The notes: generated from the letters alone by a model not told the origin. A stretch of 64,000 nucleotides of DNA from an uncultured Bacteroidaceae bacterium (GCA_905233285.1 CAJODY010000005.1:1246-65245), one strand, 5' to 3'; positions 17,733-27,511 are shown, counted from the first letter of the stretch. Program-made: numbers and translations.

Positions 17733-19547
17733 TTATTTGTTTTCGTACCACTGCTTGAGGATGTAGAAGGCACGTTTCTTTTCGCCTTTGTCGCTCATGA
17801 GTCCTTTCATGTTGTAGTAGTCCTGAATGCCAGGGAGTACGCGGCGGGGAGAACGGAAGTCTTTCAGTATCCAGGGGGTGGTGCCGGAGAGTCCGTCTAT
17901 CTTGTCGAGCATGGCAAGGTTCTCGATGTAGAGGTTTTCCTGGAATTCTTCTGTCCAGCGCTGGTTCTTGGCTCCGTGGTAGCCGTATTTGGCTCCGCCT
18001 CCGAACTCGCTGATGATGACGGGTTTGTTGTATGGTATCTCCCATCGCATCTTGGGGGCGTCGTTGACATCGCGATACCAGCCTACGTACTGGTTGAAGC
18101 TGACTACATCGACGTATTGGTTCATGTTGTCGGAGAGCCGGTTGAGGTAGTTGGAGGCACTGGTCACCTCCATTGCCATGGAGATGAGTCGTGAGGAGTC
18201 GAGTGTGCGGGCGTACTTGGCAAGGTTGCCGAGGAACTGGTCGCGCTCGGGAGAGTGCGGTGTCTCGTTGGCTATGGACCAGATGATGACGTTGGCACGG
18301 TTGTGGTCGCGCAGTATCATGTCGGTGAGCTGGCTCTGTGCGTTGCGGTAGGTCACGGGGTTGGTCCAGTCGATAGTCCAGTAGCAGGGTATCTCTGACC
18401 ATACCATGATGCCCATGCGCTCGGCTTCGCGTACCATGTTCTCGCTGTGCGGGTAGTGGGCAAGACGCACGAAGTTGCAACCCAGTTCCTTTGCCCACGA
18501 GAGGAGTGTGCGGGCATCCTCGACGGAGTTGGCACGACCGCCTCCGTTTGGTTTCTCCTCATGGATGCAGATGCCTTTCAGGAATACGGGTTTGCCGTTG
18601 AGCAGTATCTGCTTGTCGCGAGTCTCGATGGTGCGGAATCCGATTTCGTCGGCATAGGTGGCACCGTCGAGCGATATCTGTACCTGATAGAGTTTGGGAT
18701 TGTCGGGCGACCAGAGCTGCGGCTTTGCCTTCACGCCAAAAGATACTTTGCCTTCGGCATCGGTCTTAACGGTCTTTTTCACCTTCAGTTCGGGAATGGC
18801 GAGAGTGACGCTGTGGTCGGGCTCGCAGCTGTTGAGACGGGCACTGAAGGTAAGGCTTTTTGTATTGCCCGGGGTGAGCGCGAGGCTGTAGTCCTGAAGA
18901 TAGACGGGGGTGAGCTTGACGAGACGGACGTCGCGTGTGATGCCTCCATAGTTCCACCAGTCAAATATCTGTGTGGGAACGGCTGAAGCATGGCGTTTGT
19001 TATCGACTTTGACGATGAGTGTGTTCTCGCCCTCGCGCAGGAGGTCGCTGACGTCGAAGTTGAATGGTGTGAATCCACCCACGTGGTGTCCGACTTCCTT
19101 ACCGTTGAGCCACACGCGGCAGTCGTAGTTGACGGCTCCGAAGTAGAGCAGCGTGCGGTAGTCGGTCATGGGAACTGCCAGAAAACTGGTCTTGAACCAC
19201 ACCGTACCCTCGTAGAAGAAGAGACGGGGGTCTTGGGTATTCCAGTCGCCAGGCACCTTCATGGTAGGCGCCTTATCGAAGTCGTACTCGATGAGGTCTT
19301 CAGGGCGCTGCGGCTTGGCATTGAGGAAGAAGCCCCATGGTGTGGGTTTCATGCGGTAGTCGTAATAGCCCTCTTCCTGCACATCGACTATGTAGTGCCA
19401 GTCGCCTGCAAGGGTTGTGCCTTCGTAGGCGGTGATGTTCTGAACGAGTGGAAGAATCTGCACGTCGGCACGAGAAATGGTGGGAGTTTGTGCAGAAGCA
19501 GTCATTACTGCTGCCAAGGCTGTAAAATAGGATAAAATTCTTTTCAT
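17733..19547 (-). CDS. Glycoside hydrolase family 2, probable beta-glucuronidase
   Basis: Signal peptide MKRILSYFTALAAVMTASAQ, NFVRLAHYPHSE, WSIANE (acid/base Glu), ISEFGGG (nucleophile Glu) and a C-terminal YNMKG (N-x-K motif). The start was set at the internal ATG 19547. Confidence 0.8.
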   Translation of the reverse strand: MKRILSYFTALAAVMTASAQTPTISRADVQILPLVQNITAYEGTTLAGDWHYIVDVQEEGYYDYRMKPTPWGFFLNAKPQRPEDLIEYDFDKAPTMKVPGDWNTQDPRLFFYEGTVWFKTSFLAVPMTDYRTLLYFGAVNYDCRVWLNGKEVGHHVGGFTPFNFDVSDLLREGENTLIVKVDNKRHASAVPTQIFDWWNYGGITRDVRLVKLTPVYLQDYSLALTPGNTKSLTFSARLNSCEPDHSVTLAIPELKVKKTVKTDAEGKVSFGVKAKPQLWSPDNPKLYQVQISLDGATYADEIGFRTIETRDKQILLNGKPVFLKGICIHEEKPNGGGRANSVEDARTLLSWAKELGCNFVRLAHYPHSENMVREAERMGIMVWSEIPCYWTIDWTNPVTYRNAQSQLTDMILRDHNRANVIIWSIANETPHSPERDQFLGNLAKYARTLDSSRLISMAMEVTSASNYLNRLSDNMNQYVDVVSFNQYVGWYRDVNDAPKMRWEIPYNKPVIISEFGGGAKYGYHGAKNQRWTEEFQENLYIENLAMLDKIDGLSGTTPWILKDFRSPRRVLPGIQDYYNMKGLMSDKGEKKRAFYILKQWYENK

Positions 19548-19632
19548 TATATAAAGGTTAAAGAAGGCGCCCTTCGTTATGTCGACATGTCGATATATCG
19601 TTATATCGTAAAAATTAGGGGCGCCCAAGAGT

Positions 19633-20562
19633 TTAATGGTTAAAGAATCGGGCTGCGAGTGCTCCGCTGATGTTGTGCCATACGCTGAAGATGGCACCGG
19701 GAATGGCAGCCATAGGATAGGCTGCGAAGTGGGTAACTGCCAGGGAGGAAGCGAGTCCGGAGTTCTGCATGCCGACTTCGATGCTTATAGCCACACGCTT
19801 GGGATGCGGAAGGCGGAGCAGTCGTCCGGCGAGCCATCCGACGGAAAGTCCGAGCAGGTTGTGGAGCACAACGACGATGATGATAAGCACTCCGCCGACA
19901 AGGAGACGGTCGGCATTGTGGGAAACGATTACGCCAACAACTATTGCTATCATCAAGGATGAGAAGGCCGGCAGGTATGGCACTACCCTATTCGTGAAGC
20001 GAGGCAGGAATTGCTGACAGAGGAGTCCGACGATAATCGGGGCGATGACGACATAGACTATGCTGAGGAGCATACCTACGGTATCGACATCGACCATCGT
20101 ACCAGCAAGGAGCCACACGAGAAAGGGGGTGAGCAGCGGAGCCAGGAGTGTGGATGTAGCCGTCATACCGACGGAAAGTGCGAGGTCGCCCTTTGCCAGA
20201 TAGGTGATGACGTTGGATGCCGTACCACCCGGACAACAACCGACGAGGATGACTCCGAGTGCCAGTTCCTTGGGCAGGGAGAAGAGTAACGAGAGCAGGA
20301 TGGCAAGCGACGGCATGACGAAGAACTGAGCAAAGCAGCCGATGATGATATCCTTGGGACGGGAGAGGACGACATGGAAGTCCTGGGGAGAGAGGGTGAG
20401 TCCCATTCCGAACATGATGAGTCCGAGCATGGGGTTGATGGCTTTTGTGTCTATCCACAGGAAGGAGGAGGGCTGAAGAAGTGCAACGGTTGCCACCAGA
20501 AGCACGAGCACTCCCATCCAACGCGATATGAAGTCACACGTAGCTTTCATACTGATATTCAT
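19633..20562 (-). CDS. Bile acid:sodium symporter (BASS/SBF) family transporter
   Basis: About 9-10 TM helices. GCCPGGTASNVITYLAKGDLALSV is typical of the BASS family. Confidence 0.85.
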   Translation of the reverse strand: MNISMKATCDFISRWMGVLVLLVATVALLQPSSFLWIDTKAINPMLGLIMFGMGLTLSPQDFHVVLSRPKDIIIGCFAQFFVMPSLAILLSLLFSLPKELALGVILVGCCPGGTASNVITYLAKGDLALSVGMTATSTLLAPLLTPFLVWLLAGTMVDVDTVGMLLSIVYVVIAPIIVGLLCQQFLPRFTNRVVPYLPAFSSLMIAIVVGVIVSHNADRLLVGGVLIIIVVVLHNLLGLSVGWLAGRLLRLPHPKRVAISIEVGMQNSGLASSLAVTHFAAYPMAAIPGAIFSVWHNISGALAARFFNH

Positions 20563-20591
20563 TATATTGACATAAATTTATTAAAGTTTTA

Positions 20592-20780
20592 CTACATAGT
20601 ACGAAACTGACGCTGCTGCTGATTGTATTCATACCCGGCGTCGAGGAGAATCTGAGTGATTTCTGCGACGTCGCGGTCGAAATAAGCACAGAGGTCTTCG
20701 AGCGAGTCGAACTCGTCGTCGCGCAACAGCATATTGATTGAGGATAGCAACATCACAGGGTCGCTGGGGAGATAATCCAT
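20592..20780 (-). CDS. DUF4250-like small protein (62 aa)
   Basis: MDYLPSDPVMLLSSINMLLRDDEFDSLEDLCAYFD, a family assignment made from memory. The start was set at the internal ATG. Confidence 0.55.
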   Translation of the reverse strand: MDYLPSDPVMLLSSINMLLRDDEFDSLEDLCAYFDRDVAEITQILLDAGYEYNQQQRQFRTM

Positions 20781-20819
20781 TTTTTTTGTAGAATTCTTTT
20801 GCGTGTTATAAATTATGTG

Positions 20820-20827
20820 TATTTTTG
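20820..20827 (+). promoter_or_regulatory. Candidate -7 box (TATTTTTG) for the RND efflux operon
   Basis: Matches TAnnTTTG, 44 nt upstream of the ATG at 20872. Confidence 0.45.
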
Positions 20828-20837
20828 CACGATTTTG

Positions 20838-20845
20838 CAAATATA
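20838..20845 (-). promoter_or_regulatory. Candidate -7 box (TATATTTG) for a DUF4250-BASS-GH2 unit
   Basis: Matches TAnnTTTG on the - strand, 58 nt upstream of the ATG at 20780. Confidence 0.4.
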
Positions 20846-20871
20846 CTAGCTATTTTTATAAAAAGACTAAA

Positions 20872-21996
20872 ATGAAAGGAAAATTTTCAATGCTAAGGAC
20901 TGGTTTTCTAGGAATGCTTGTCCTCGTGACATCTTGTGGCGTAGATATGCCACAGGTAAAACAGACTTCGTTCGAGACTCTGACAGCTGAAAAGTCAACA
21001 ATCGAAGTACCTATTAAGTTCAGTGCAAAGATGAAGGGTAAGACCGACGTCACCATCACCCCGCAGGTAAGCGGACAGCTTATGCAGATATGCGTGGTTG
21101 AGGGTCAGAGGGTAACCAAAGGGCAGACTCTGTTCGTTATCGACCAGCGCAACGCACAACTCGACCTCGAGAATGCTCAGGCTAACCTCTATGCAGCTCT
21201 GGCAAGCGAGAGCAATGCAAAGTTGGAATACGAATCAAGCAAGAACCTCTATGACAAAAAGATTATCAGCAAATACCTGCTCGACGATGCCTACAACGAC
21301 TATATGCAGGCTCAGGCCAATGTAGCACAGGCACGCGCAAAGGTGGACCGTGCAAGGGTGGACCTCGGGTTCTGCACTATCACAGCACCTGTAACAGGTC
21401 TTATCGGTGAGATACCGGTACGTATGGGCGACCAGGTTTCAACCTCTACATACCTGACCACTCTTAGCGGCAACACCACTATGGATGCTGAGTTCTCAGT
21501 GACGGAGTCACTCATTGAAACAATGGTTTCGGAAGGAACCAAGGCTTCAGACAAGAAAAAATATATGGACGAGATGCCCGAAGTTACGTTCGTTATGAAG
21601 AACGGAACAGAGTATAAGCACAAGGGAAGAATCTCCAGTCTGACCGGTGTGGTAAATCCCGTTACCGGTACGATTGCTGTCAAGGCTTCTTTCCCCAATC
21701 CCGACGGACAGCTCATGTCGGGCATTCAGGGTACTGTCGTATTGCCAACAACAAGAGAGGACGTGATTGTCATTCCACAAGTGTCTGTAGTCAAGTTGCA
21801 GGACAAGCAGCAGGTATATAAGGTACTGGCAGACAGTACGGCAACAGCTATCGAGGTTACAACGGAAGATATTGGCAACGGCGAGGACTACATCGTTACA
21901 AGCGGTCTGAACGTCGGTGACAGAATCGTTACCGTAGGAGCAAACAACGTACGTGAGGGTCAGAAAGTTCTCTTCCCCGAGGAACCCGAGAAATAG
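20872..21996 (+). CDS. RND efflux periplasmic adaptor (membrane fusion protein), lipoprotein
   Basis: Lipobox LVTSCG, HlyD/AcrA-like coiled-coil hairpin (LDLENAQANL...AQARAKVDRARVDLGFCTITAP) and a beta-barrel domain. Confidence 0.9.
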   Translation: MKGKFSMLRTGFLGMLVLVTSCGVDMPQVKQTSFETLTAEKSTIEVPIKFSAKMKGKTDVTITPQVSGQLMQICVVEGQRVTKGQTLFVIDQRNAQLDLENAQANLYAALASESNAKLEYESSKNLYDKKIISKYLLDDAYNDYMQAQANVAQARAKVDRARVDLGFCTITAPVTGLIGEIPVRMGDQVSTSTYLTTLSGNTTMDAEFSVTESLIETMVSEGTKASDKKKYMDEMPEVTFVMKNGTEYKHKGRISSLTGVVNPVTGTIAVKASFPNPDGQLMSGIQGTVVLPTTREDVIVIPQVSVVKLQDKQQVYKVLADSTATAIEVTTEDIGNGEDYIVTSGLNVGDRIVTVGANNVREGQKVLFPEEPEK

Positions 21997-22029
21997 TTGA
22001 AAGTTGATAGTTGAAAGTTGACAATTATG
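21995..22029 (+). repeat. 7-nt tandem array AGTTGAN x4, bridging the MFP stop to the RND-pump ATG
   Basis: tAGTTGAA AGTTGAT AGTTGAA AGTTGAC AATTATG. The first unit overlaps the TAG stop and the last contains the ATG. Confidence 0.9.
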
Positions 22030-25000
22030 AAGAACAATATATTCATTAACAGATATGTGATGGCATGCGCCATCTCGATTGTACTGGCGCTGGTGGGATT
22101 CATATGTATGAACTCGCTGCCCATCGAGCAATATCCAAACATTGCTCCGCCTCAGGTAGAGGTCTCAACCACCTATAGCGGTGCCGACCCCAAGACTATA
22201 ATCCAGTCGGTCATCTCACCTTTGGAAGAGAGTATCAACGGTGTGGACGGTATGGACTATATGGTATCGAAGGCCACCTCATCGGGTAATGTAAGCATCG
22301 ACGTGTATTTCAAGCAGGGCGTTGACCCCGACATTGCGACGGTGAACGTACAGAACCGTGTGTCGAAGGCTCAGTCGCAGCTGCCTTCCGCTGTTATCAA
22401 TGTAGGTATAGAGACGACGAAGCGACAGAACAGTATTCTGCGTATCATCGGTATTCAATGTACTAACGGCAAGTACAGCGACGACTTCGTGTCGAACTAT
22501 GTAGATATTAACATCAAGCCTCGTATGCAGCGTATCTTTGGTGTGGGTAGTGTGATGGCATTGGGTAATACCTATGCCCTGCGTGTGTGGATGAAGCCCG
22601 ACGTGATGGCTCAGTACGGCCTGACTCCCGACGATGTCAGCACTGCCATCACCAGCCAGAGTTTCGTTACCTCTGTGGGTAGCTTCGGCGAGCAGTCGAA
22701 CAACAAATACAAGTACTCGATGGAGTACAAGGGTACACTGAAAGAGATTGAAGAGTTCAATGAAATCGTTCTCAAGACTACCGAGGGCGGTCACGTACTG
22801 TACCTGAGAGACGTGGCAGAAGTGGAGATTGGTGCACAGAGCTACAGCTACATCTCTAACATCAACGGTCAGCCGGGTTCCTTCATGCTGGTCTTCCAGT
22901 CTCCTGGTTCCAATGCTACAGAGGTGAATGCCCGCATCGACCAGATGTGCGAGGAATTGAAGGAAACAATGCCTGACGGACTGGAGTTCGTCACCCTGCA
23001 GAACACCGACGACTTCCTCTTCGCTGCCATCGGTAATGTGGTAGAGACACTTATTATCGCCATCATCCTGGTCATCCTGGTGGTGTTCTTCTTCCTGCAG
23101 AACATCAAGGCAACAATCATCCCGTCGATATCCATTGTCGTCTCGCTGATGGGTACCTTTATGGTTGTCACGCTGGCAGGCTTCTCGCTGAACCTGTTGA
23201 CACTCTTCGCATTGGTACTTGCCATCGGTACCGTTGTGGATGATGCCATCGTTGTCGTCGAGGCTGTAATGGCAAAGATTGAGGGCGGTATGACCGATGC
23301 CAAGGAGGCTACACGCCAAGCCATGAGCGAAGTATCAATGGCGGTATTCTCGTGTACGCTTGTCTTCATGGCGGTGTTCATCCCCGTTACCTTCATGAGT
23401 GGTACCTCAGGTACATTCTTCACTCAGTTCGGTATCACCATCGCCTCAGCCGTAGGTCTGTCCTGTCTGCAGGCGCTGACCACCTGTCCTGCCCTCTGTG
23501 CCATCATGCTGAGAGTGACGGAAGGCAAGAAGGAAGGCAAGGGGCTTACATACTATACTAAAATGGCATACGACGCCAGCTACAACGCCATACTGGGCAA
23601 ATACGCCAAGGGTGTGCAGAAGTTCATCAAGCGTCCTGTATGGGCGTGTGGACTGCTGGTTGTTGCAGCCGTGCTGCTCGTGTTCGCTATGAAGAGTCTG
23701 CCTTCGGGTCTCGTGCCACAGGAAGACCAGGGTATCTTCATGGCTGAGGTGGATGCTCCGGAAGGTTATACGCTGGCGCAGACTAACGAACTGCTGAAAC
23801 AGGTGGAGGAAAAAGTCAAGGAGATTCCTGAACTGGAGAGCTACGCCATGGTAAGTGGCTACGGTATGATTTCGGGCTATGGTTCCAGCTATGGTTCGTT
23901 CATTATCCGTCTGAAGAACTGGGAGGAGCGTCCAGGCTTCAACCACTACATCGAATTGGTATTGTATCGTTTAGCCATAGCGTGTCAGGACATCAAGAAT
24001 GCGACGGTCATCCCATTCCAGCTGCCTCAGATTCCGGGCTATGGTACTAGCAATAACGTAAACCTCGTAGTGGAAGACCCCACCGACGGCGACCTGTCAG
24101 AGTTCTCCAAGAAGACCGACAACTTCCTGGCCAAGCTGATGGAACGAAAGGAAGTCAGTGTAGCCATGTCCACATATTCAGAGAAATTCCCGAAGTACCG
24201 TGTTGACGTGGACGCTGCCCAGTGCAGCCGTTCAGGCTTGACACCAAAGGACGTACTTGGCACACTCGGCAACTACTATAGTGGCTCGTACATTGCCAAC
24301 TACAACCAGTTCGGTAAGGTATATCAGTTGTGGACTGCTGCAGCCCCCGAATACCGTCTCGACCCTACGTCGCTCAATAATGTTTTCGTAAAGACAAGCA
24401 ATGGAAAGATGTCTCCCCTCTCTCAGTTTATTTCGCTGAAGGAGATTGTAGGACCGTCGAACAACCAGCACTTCAACCTCTTCTCGAGTATTCAGTGTCA
24501 GGTAGTGCCTGCCAACGGCTACAGCGAAGGTGAAGTCCAGCAGGTCATTGCCGAGGTATTCCGTCAGGAGATGCCTACCACCGCTACATACGAGTACAGC
24601 AATATGTCGCGTGAGGTTGCCGAGCAGGCTGGTTCCAACACAACCACCATTATCTACTGCATCTGTGCCATCCTCATCTACCTGATTCTGGGCTCTCTGT
24701 ACAACTCATGGTTCGTACCTATGGCAGTCCTGCTCAGCGTACCATTCGGATTGCTGGGTGCCTTCGGTGTCACCTGGTTGGTATCACTGTTTGGCATACC
24801 AGGTATGCAGAACAATATCTACCTGCAGACGGGTGTCGTCATGCTTATCGGTCTGTTGGCTAAGACTGCCATCCTGATTACCGAGGTAGCTAGTGAAAAC
24901 CGCAAGGGAGGCATGGGCATCACAGAAGCTGCCTTCGAAGCCTGCAAAGAGCGTCTGCGTCCAATCCTCATGACAGTTCTCACCATGATTGCAGGTATGA

Positions 25001-25167
25001 TTCCACTTATCATCGAAGGTGGTGCCGGTGCCAATGGTAACCGTGCCCTTGCCGTAGGTGTCGTTGGTGGTATGAGCGTAGGAACCATCGCCCTACTCTT
25101 CGTAGTGCCTGCATTCTTCATCATGTTCCAGAAGCTCCACGAGAGATTCCAAGGAAAGAATTCATAA
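22027..25167 (+). CDS. RND multidrug efflux permease (AcrB/MexB family)
   Basis: 1046 aa with 12-TM topology and two large periplasmic loops. N-terminus FINRYVMACAISIVLALVG, conserved VVDDAIVVVE and LAKTAILITE. Confidence 0.95.
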   Translation: MKNNIFINRYVMACAISIVLALVGFICMNSLPIEQYPNIAPPQVEVSTTYSGADPKTIIQSVISPLEESINGVDGMDYMVSKATSSGNVSIDVYFKQGVDPDIATVNVQNRVSKAQSQLPSAVINVGIETTKRQNSILRIIGIQCTNGKYSDDFVSNYVDINIKPRMQRIFGVGSVMALGNTYALRVWMKPDVMAQYGLTPDDVSTAITSQSFVTSVGSFGEQSNNKYKYSMEYKGTLKEIEEFNEIVLKTTEGGHVLYLRDVAEVEIGAQSYSYISNINGQPGSFMLVFQSPGSNATEVNARIDQMCEELKETMPDGLEFVTLQNTDDFLFAAIGNVVETLIIAIILVILVVFFFLQNIKATIIPSISIVVSLMGTFMVVTLAGFSLNLLTLFALVLAIGTVVDDAIVVVEAVMAKIEGGMTDAKEATRQAMSEVSMAVFSCTLVFMAVFIPVTFMSGTSGTFFTQFGITIASAVGLSCLQALTTCPALCAIMLRVTEGKKEGKGLTYYTKMAYDASYNAILGKYAKGVQKFIKRPVWACGLLVVAAVLLVFAMKSLPSGLVPQEDQGIFMAEVDAPEGYTLAQTNELLKQVEEKVKEIPELESYAMVSGYGMISGYGSSYGSFIIRLKNWEERPGFNHYIELVLYRLAIACQDIKNATVIPFQLPQIPGYGTSNNVNLVVEDPTDGDLSEFSKKTDNFLAKLMERKEVSVAMSTYSEKFPKYRVDVDAAQCSRSGLTPKDVLGTLGNYYSGSYIANYNQFGKVYQLWTAAAPEYRLDPTSLNNVFVKTSNGKMSPLSQFISLKEIVGPSNNQHFNLFSSIQCQVVPANGYSEGEVQQVIAEVFRQEMPTTATYEYSNMSREVAEQAGSNTTTIIYCICAILIYLILGSLYNSWFVPMAVLLSVPFGLLGAFGVTWLVSLFGIPGMQNNIYLQTGVVMLIGLLAKTAILITEVASENRKGGMGITEAAFEACKERLRPILMTVLTMIAGMIPLIIEGGAGANGNRALAVGVVGGMSVGTIALLFVVPAFFIMFQKLHERFQGKNS

Positions 25168-25196
25168 CCATATCGCATAATTCATTATACATAAAT

Positions 25197-26621
25197 ATGA
25201 GAAAACTTAGAAATATCCTCATAGCCGTAGCAGCAGGCACAATGCTCTCTGGCTGCGGCATATACAACAAATACGAGCAGAAAACAGAGATACCCGAGAA
25301 CCTCTTTGGTAGTCACCAAGACGTAGCGAATGCCACAGGCAATCAATCTCTGGCTCAGTTGTCATGGCGTGAATTCTTCACCGACCCGCAGCTCCAGCAA
25401 CTCATCGAACAGGTACTTGCCAACAACACCGACCTCTTCGCAGCCCGCATCGCCATCCAGAAAAGCGAAGCATCGCTGAAGTCGGCACGTCTGGCATACC
25501 TGCCGTCATTATCCTTCGCACCGCAGGGCAGTCTGTCCAAGTTCGATAGCAACCCTTGGTCAAAGACCTATAACCTACAGCTCAAGATGTCATGGGACGT
25601 TGACCTGTTCGGTTCACTGACTAACAAGAAACGTGCTGCAAAAGCAATTCTCTTCCAGTCGCAGGTATCAGAGGAAAGCACCCGTGCCAACCTCATTTCC
25701 ATCACAGCACAACAATACTACTTGCTGCAGTTGCTCGACCGTGAACTGGAAATCCTTCTCATGACCGACAGTCTGTGGAAAGCCTCACTCGAGATGGAGA
25801 AATCACTCTTCGAAAACGGTAAAGCGTATAGCACAGCCGTCAATCAGATGGAGGCCTCTTACCTTAGTGTAAAGACACAGATTGTTGACACAAAGCGCAG
25901 CATACGCTCAACAGAGAACGAAATCTGCAGTCTTCTTGGCATCACCCCACAGCACATCGAACGCAGCTATTGGGGCAGCTCAGCACTTCACCATCCAGAA
26001 GCAGCAGGGAATACAGGTCAGCGCATGTTCGACACCAAGTTCCTTACTATCGGCGTACCTGCTCAGATGCTCGAACTCCGTCCCGACATTCGTCTGCTCA
26101 ACTTCGAAATGGAAGAGGCATTCTACAACACTCAGGCTGCCCGCTCTGCCTTCTATCCTTCCCTCACCCTTTCAGGTGCTCTCGGATGGACTAACAGCGG
26201 AGGCGGCGTGATTACTAATCCTGGTAAACTTCTGTTTGAGGCTCTCGGTTCTCTCACTCAGCCTATCTTCCAGCGCGGCAAACTCTCTGCCAACCTCAAG
26301 ATAGCAAAGCTGACTGAAGAGAAACTGAAGAAGCAATACGTACAGGCTATCATCGATGCAGGTAACGACGTCAACGAAGCCATAGCCGACTGTACTGCAG
26401 CTCGCGAGAAATTCTACTATTATCGTCGTCAGGTCGAGGTTCTCAACGACGCATTCGTAGGTACTCACGAACTTATGGACAACGGTAAGGCAAGTTATCT
26501 CGAGGTACTCACCGCACAGGAAAGCCTCCTCTCTGCACAACTCGATGAAGCAGAGAATATGTACGACGGTGCTCAAGCAGTTATAGCTCTCTACATCGCT
26601 CTTGGCGGTGCAACAAAATGA
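25197..26621 (+). CDS. RND efflux outer-membrane factor lipoprotein (NodT/OprM family)
   Basis: Lipobox LSGCG. Two TolC-like repeats with long helical segments, ending in ALGGA. Confidence 0.9.
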   Translation: MRKLRNILIAVAAGTMLSGCGIYNKYEQKTEIPENLFGSHQDVANATGNQSLAQLSWREFFTDPQLQQLIEQVLANNTDLFAARIAIQKSEASLKSARLAYLPSLSFAPQGSLSKFDSNPWSKTYNLQLKMSWDVDLFGSLTNKKRAAKAILFQSQVSEESTRANLISITAQQYYLLQLLDRELEILLMTDSLWKASLEMEKSLFENGKAYSTAVNQMEASYLSVKTQIVDTKRSIRSTENEICSLLGITPQHIERSYWGSSALHHPEAAGNTGQRMFDTKFLTIGVPAQMLELRPDIRLLNFEMEEAFYNTQAARSAFYPSLTLSGALGWTNSGGGVITNPGKLLFEALGSLTQPIFQRGKLSANLKIAKLTEEKLKKQYVQAIIDAGNDVNEAIADCTAAREKFYYYRRQVEVLNDAFVGTHELMDNGKASYLEVLTAQESLLSAQLDEAENMYDGAQAVIALYIALGGATK

Positions 26622-27511
26622 CAAAAACAAAAATCGGACTCGTACTTGAAGGTGGAGGGATGAGAGGTCTCTTCACGATGGGAGTCGCTGATGTAATGTT
26701 CGAAGCAGGTATCCGGGTTGACGGCATAGTAGGTGTGTCAGCCGGTGCCTGCTTCGGGTGTAATTATAAATCGCACCAACCAGGGAGGGTCCTCAGGTAT
26801 AACATTGCCATGAAGGACGAGCCACGGTATATGGGCTTACGGACGCTGCTGAGAACAAAGAATCTGCTCGACCCAGAGTTTGCGTACCACACACTACCGA
26901 TGGAGATAGACGTATTCGACAGGGATGCCTTTGCCCAAGACCCCACGGAGTTTCATGTGGTATGTACGGATATCGTGACCGGTGAACCTGTATATAAGCA
27001 GATAGAGGAGATGGACTATGATGGACTGGAATGGATAAGAGCCTCATCGTCGATGCCTTTGGTTTCAACTCCTGTTGAGTTGGAAGGCAGGATGCTGCTG
27101 GACGGAGGCATCGTAGATAGTATTCCTTTGCGATACGCCCAAAGCCAGGGATGGGAACGTAATATCGTCATCCTTACCCAACCCGAGGAGTACAGAAAGA
27201 AACCTTCGAAACTCCCTATCCTATTCCGTCTGTTGATGAGGAAGTATCCGAAGGTGGCTGAGATGATGGCTAGGAGACACGAGATGTACAACCGCCAAAA
27301 AGAATTCATCAAGGAAGAGGAGGCTAAGGGAAACGCCCTACTCATCTACCCTGATGAACCTTTGAATATAAGTCGCACGTGTCAGAACGAAGCCGACATG
27401 CGACGCGTCTATGCCCTTGGAAGGACTAAGGGCAAGGAGTTACTTGGTGAACTGAAGTCCTACGTAGAGTCCGTCAACATTCTTCAGGAGAGTGTTGAGT
27501 GTAGCAAGTGA
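26618..27511 (+). CDS. Patatin-like phospholipase
   Basis: GGGMRGLFTMG (oxyanion GGGxRG), GVSAGA (GxSxG) and LLDGGIVD (catalytic Asp). Its ATG overlaps the OMF stop as ATGA. Confidence 0.85.
   Translation: MTKTKIGLVLEGGGMRGLFTMGVADVMFEAGIRVDGIVGVSAGACFGCNYKSHQPGRVLRYNIAMKDEPRYMGLRTLLRTKNLLDPEFAYHTLPMEIDVFDRDAFAQDPTEFHVVCTDIVTGEPVYKQIEEMDYDGLEWIRASSSMPLVSTPVELEGRMLLDGGIVDSIPLRYAQSQGWERNIVILTQPEEYRKKPSKLPILFRLLMRKYPKVAEMMARRHEMYNRQKEFIKEEEAKGNALLIYPDEPLNISRTCQNEADMRRVYALGRTKGKELLGELKSYVESVNILQESVECSK

Noticed and set aside
17704-18498. 264-aa same-strand, alternative-frame ORF within the GH2 gene
   Set aside because: It is rich in Arg, Pro, Gln and His, as expected for an off-frame translation. 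The GH2 frame carries the catalytic motifs.
22279-23319. 346-aa ORF antisense to the RND pump
   Set aside because: It is a shadow ORF inside a 1046-aa AcrB-family gene.
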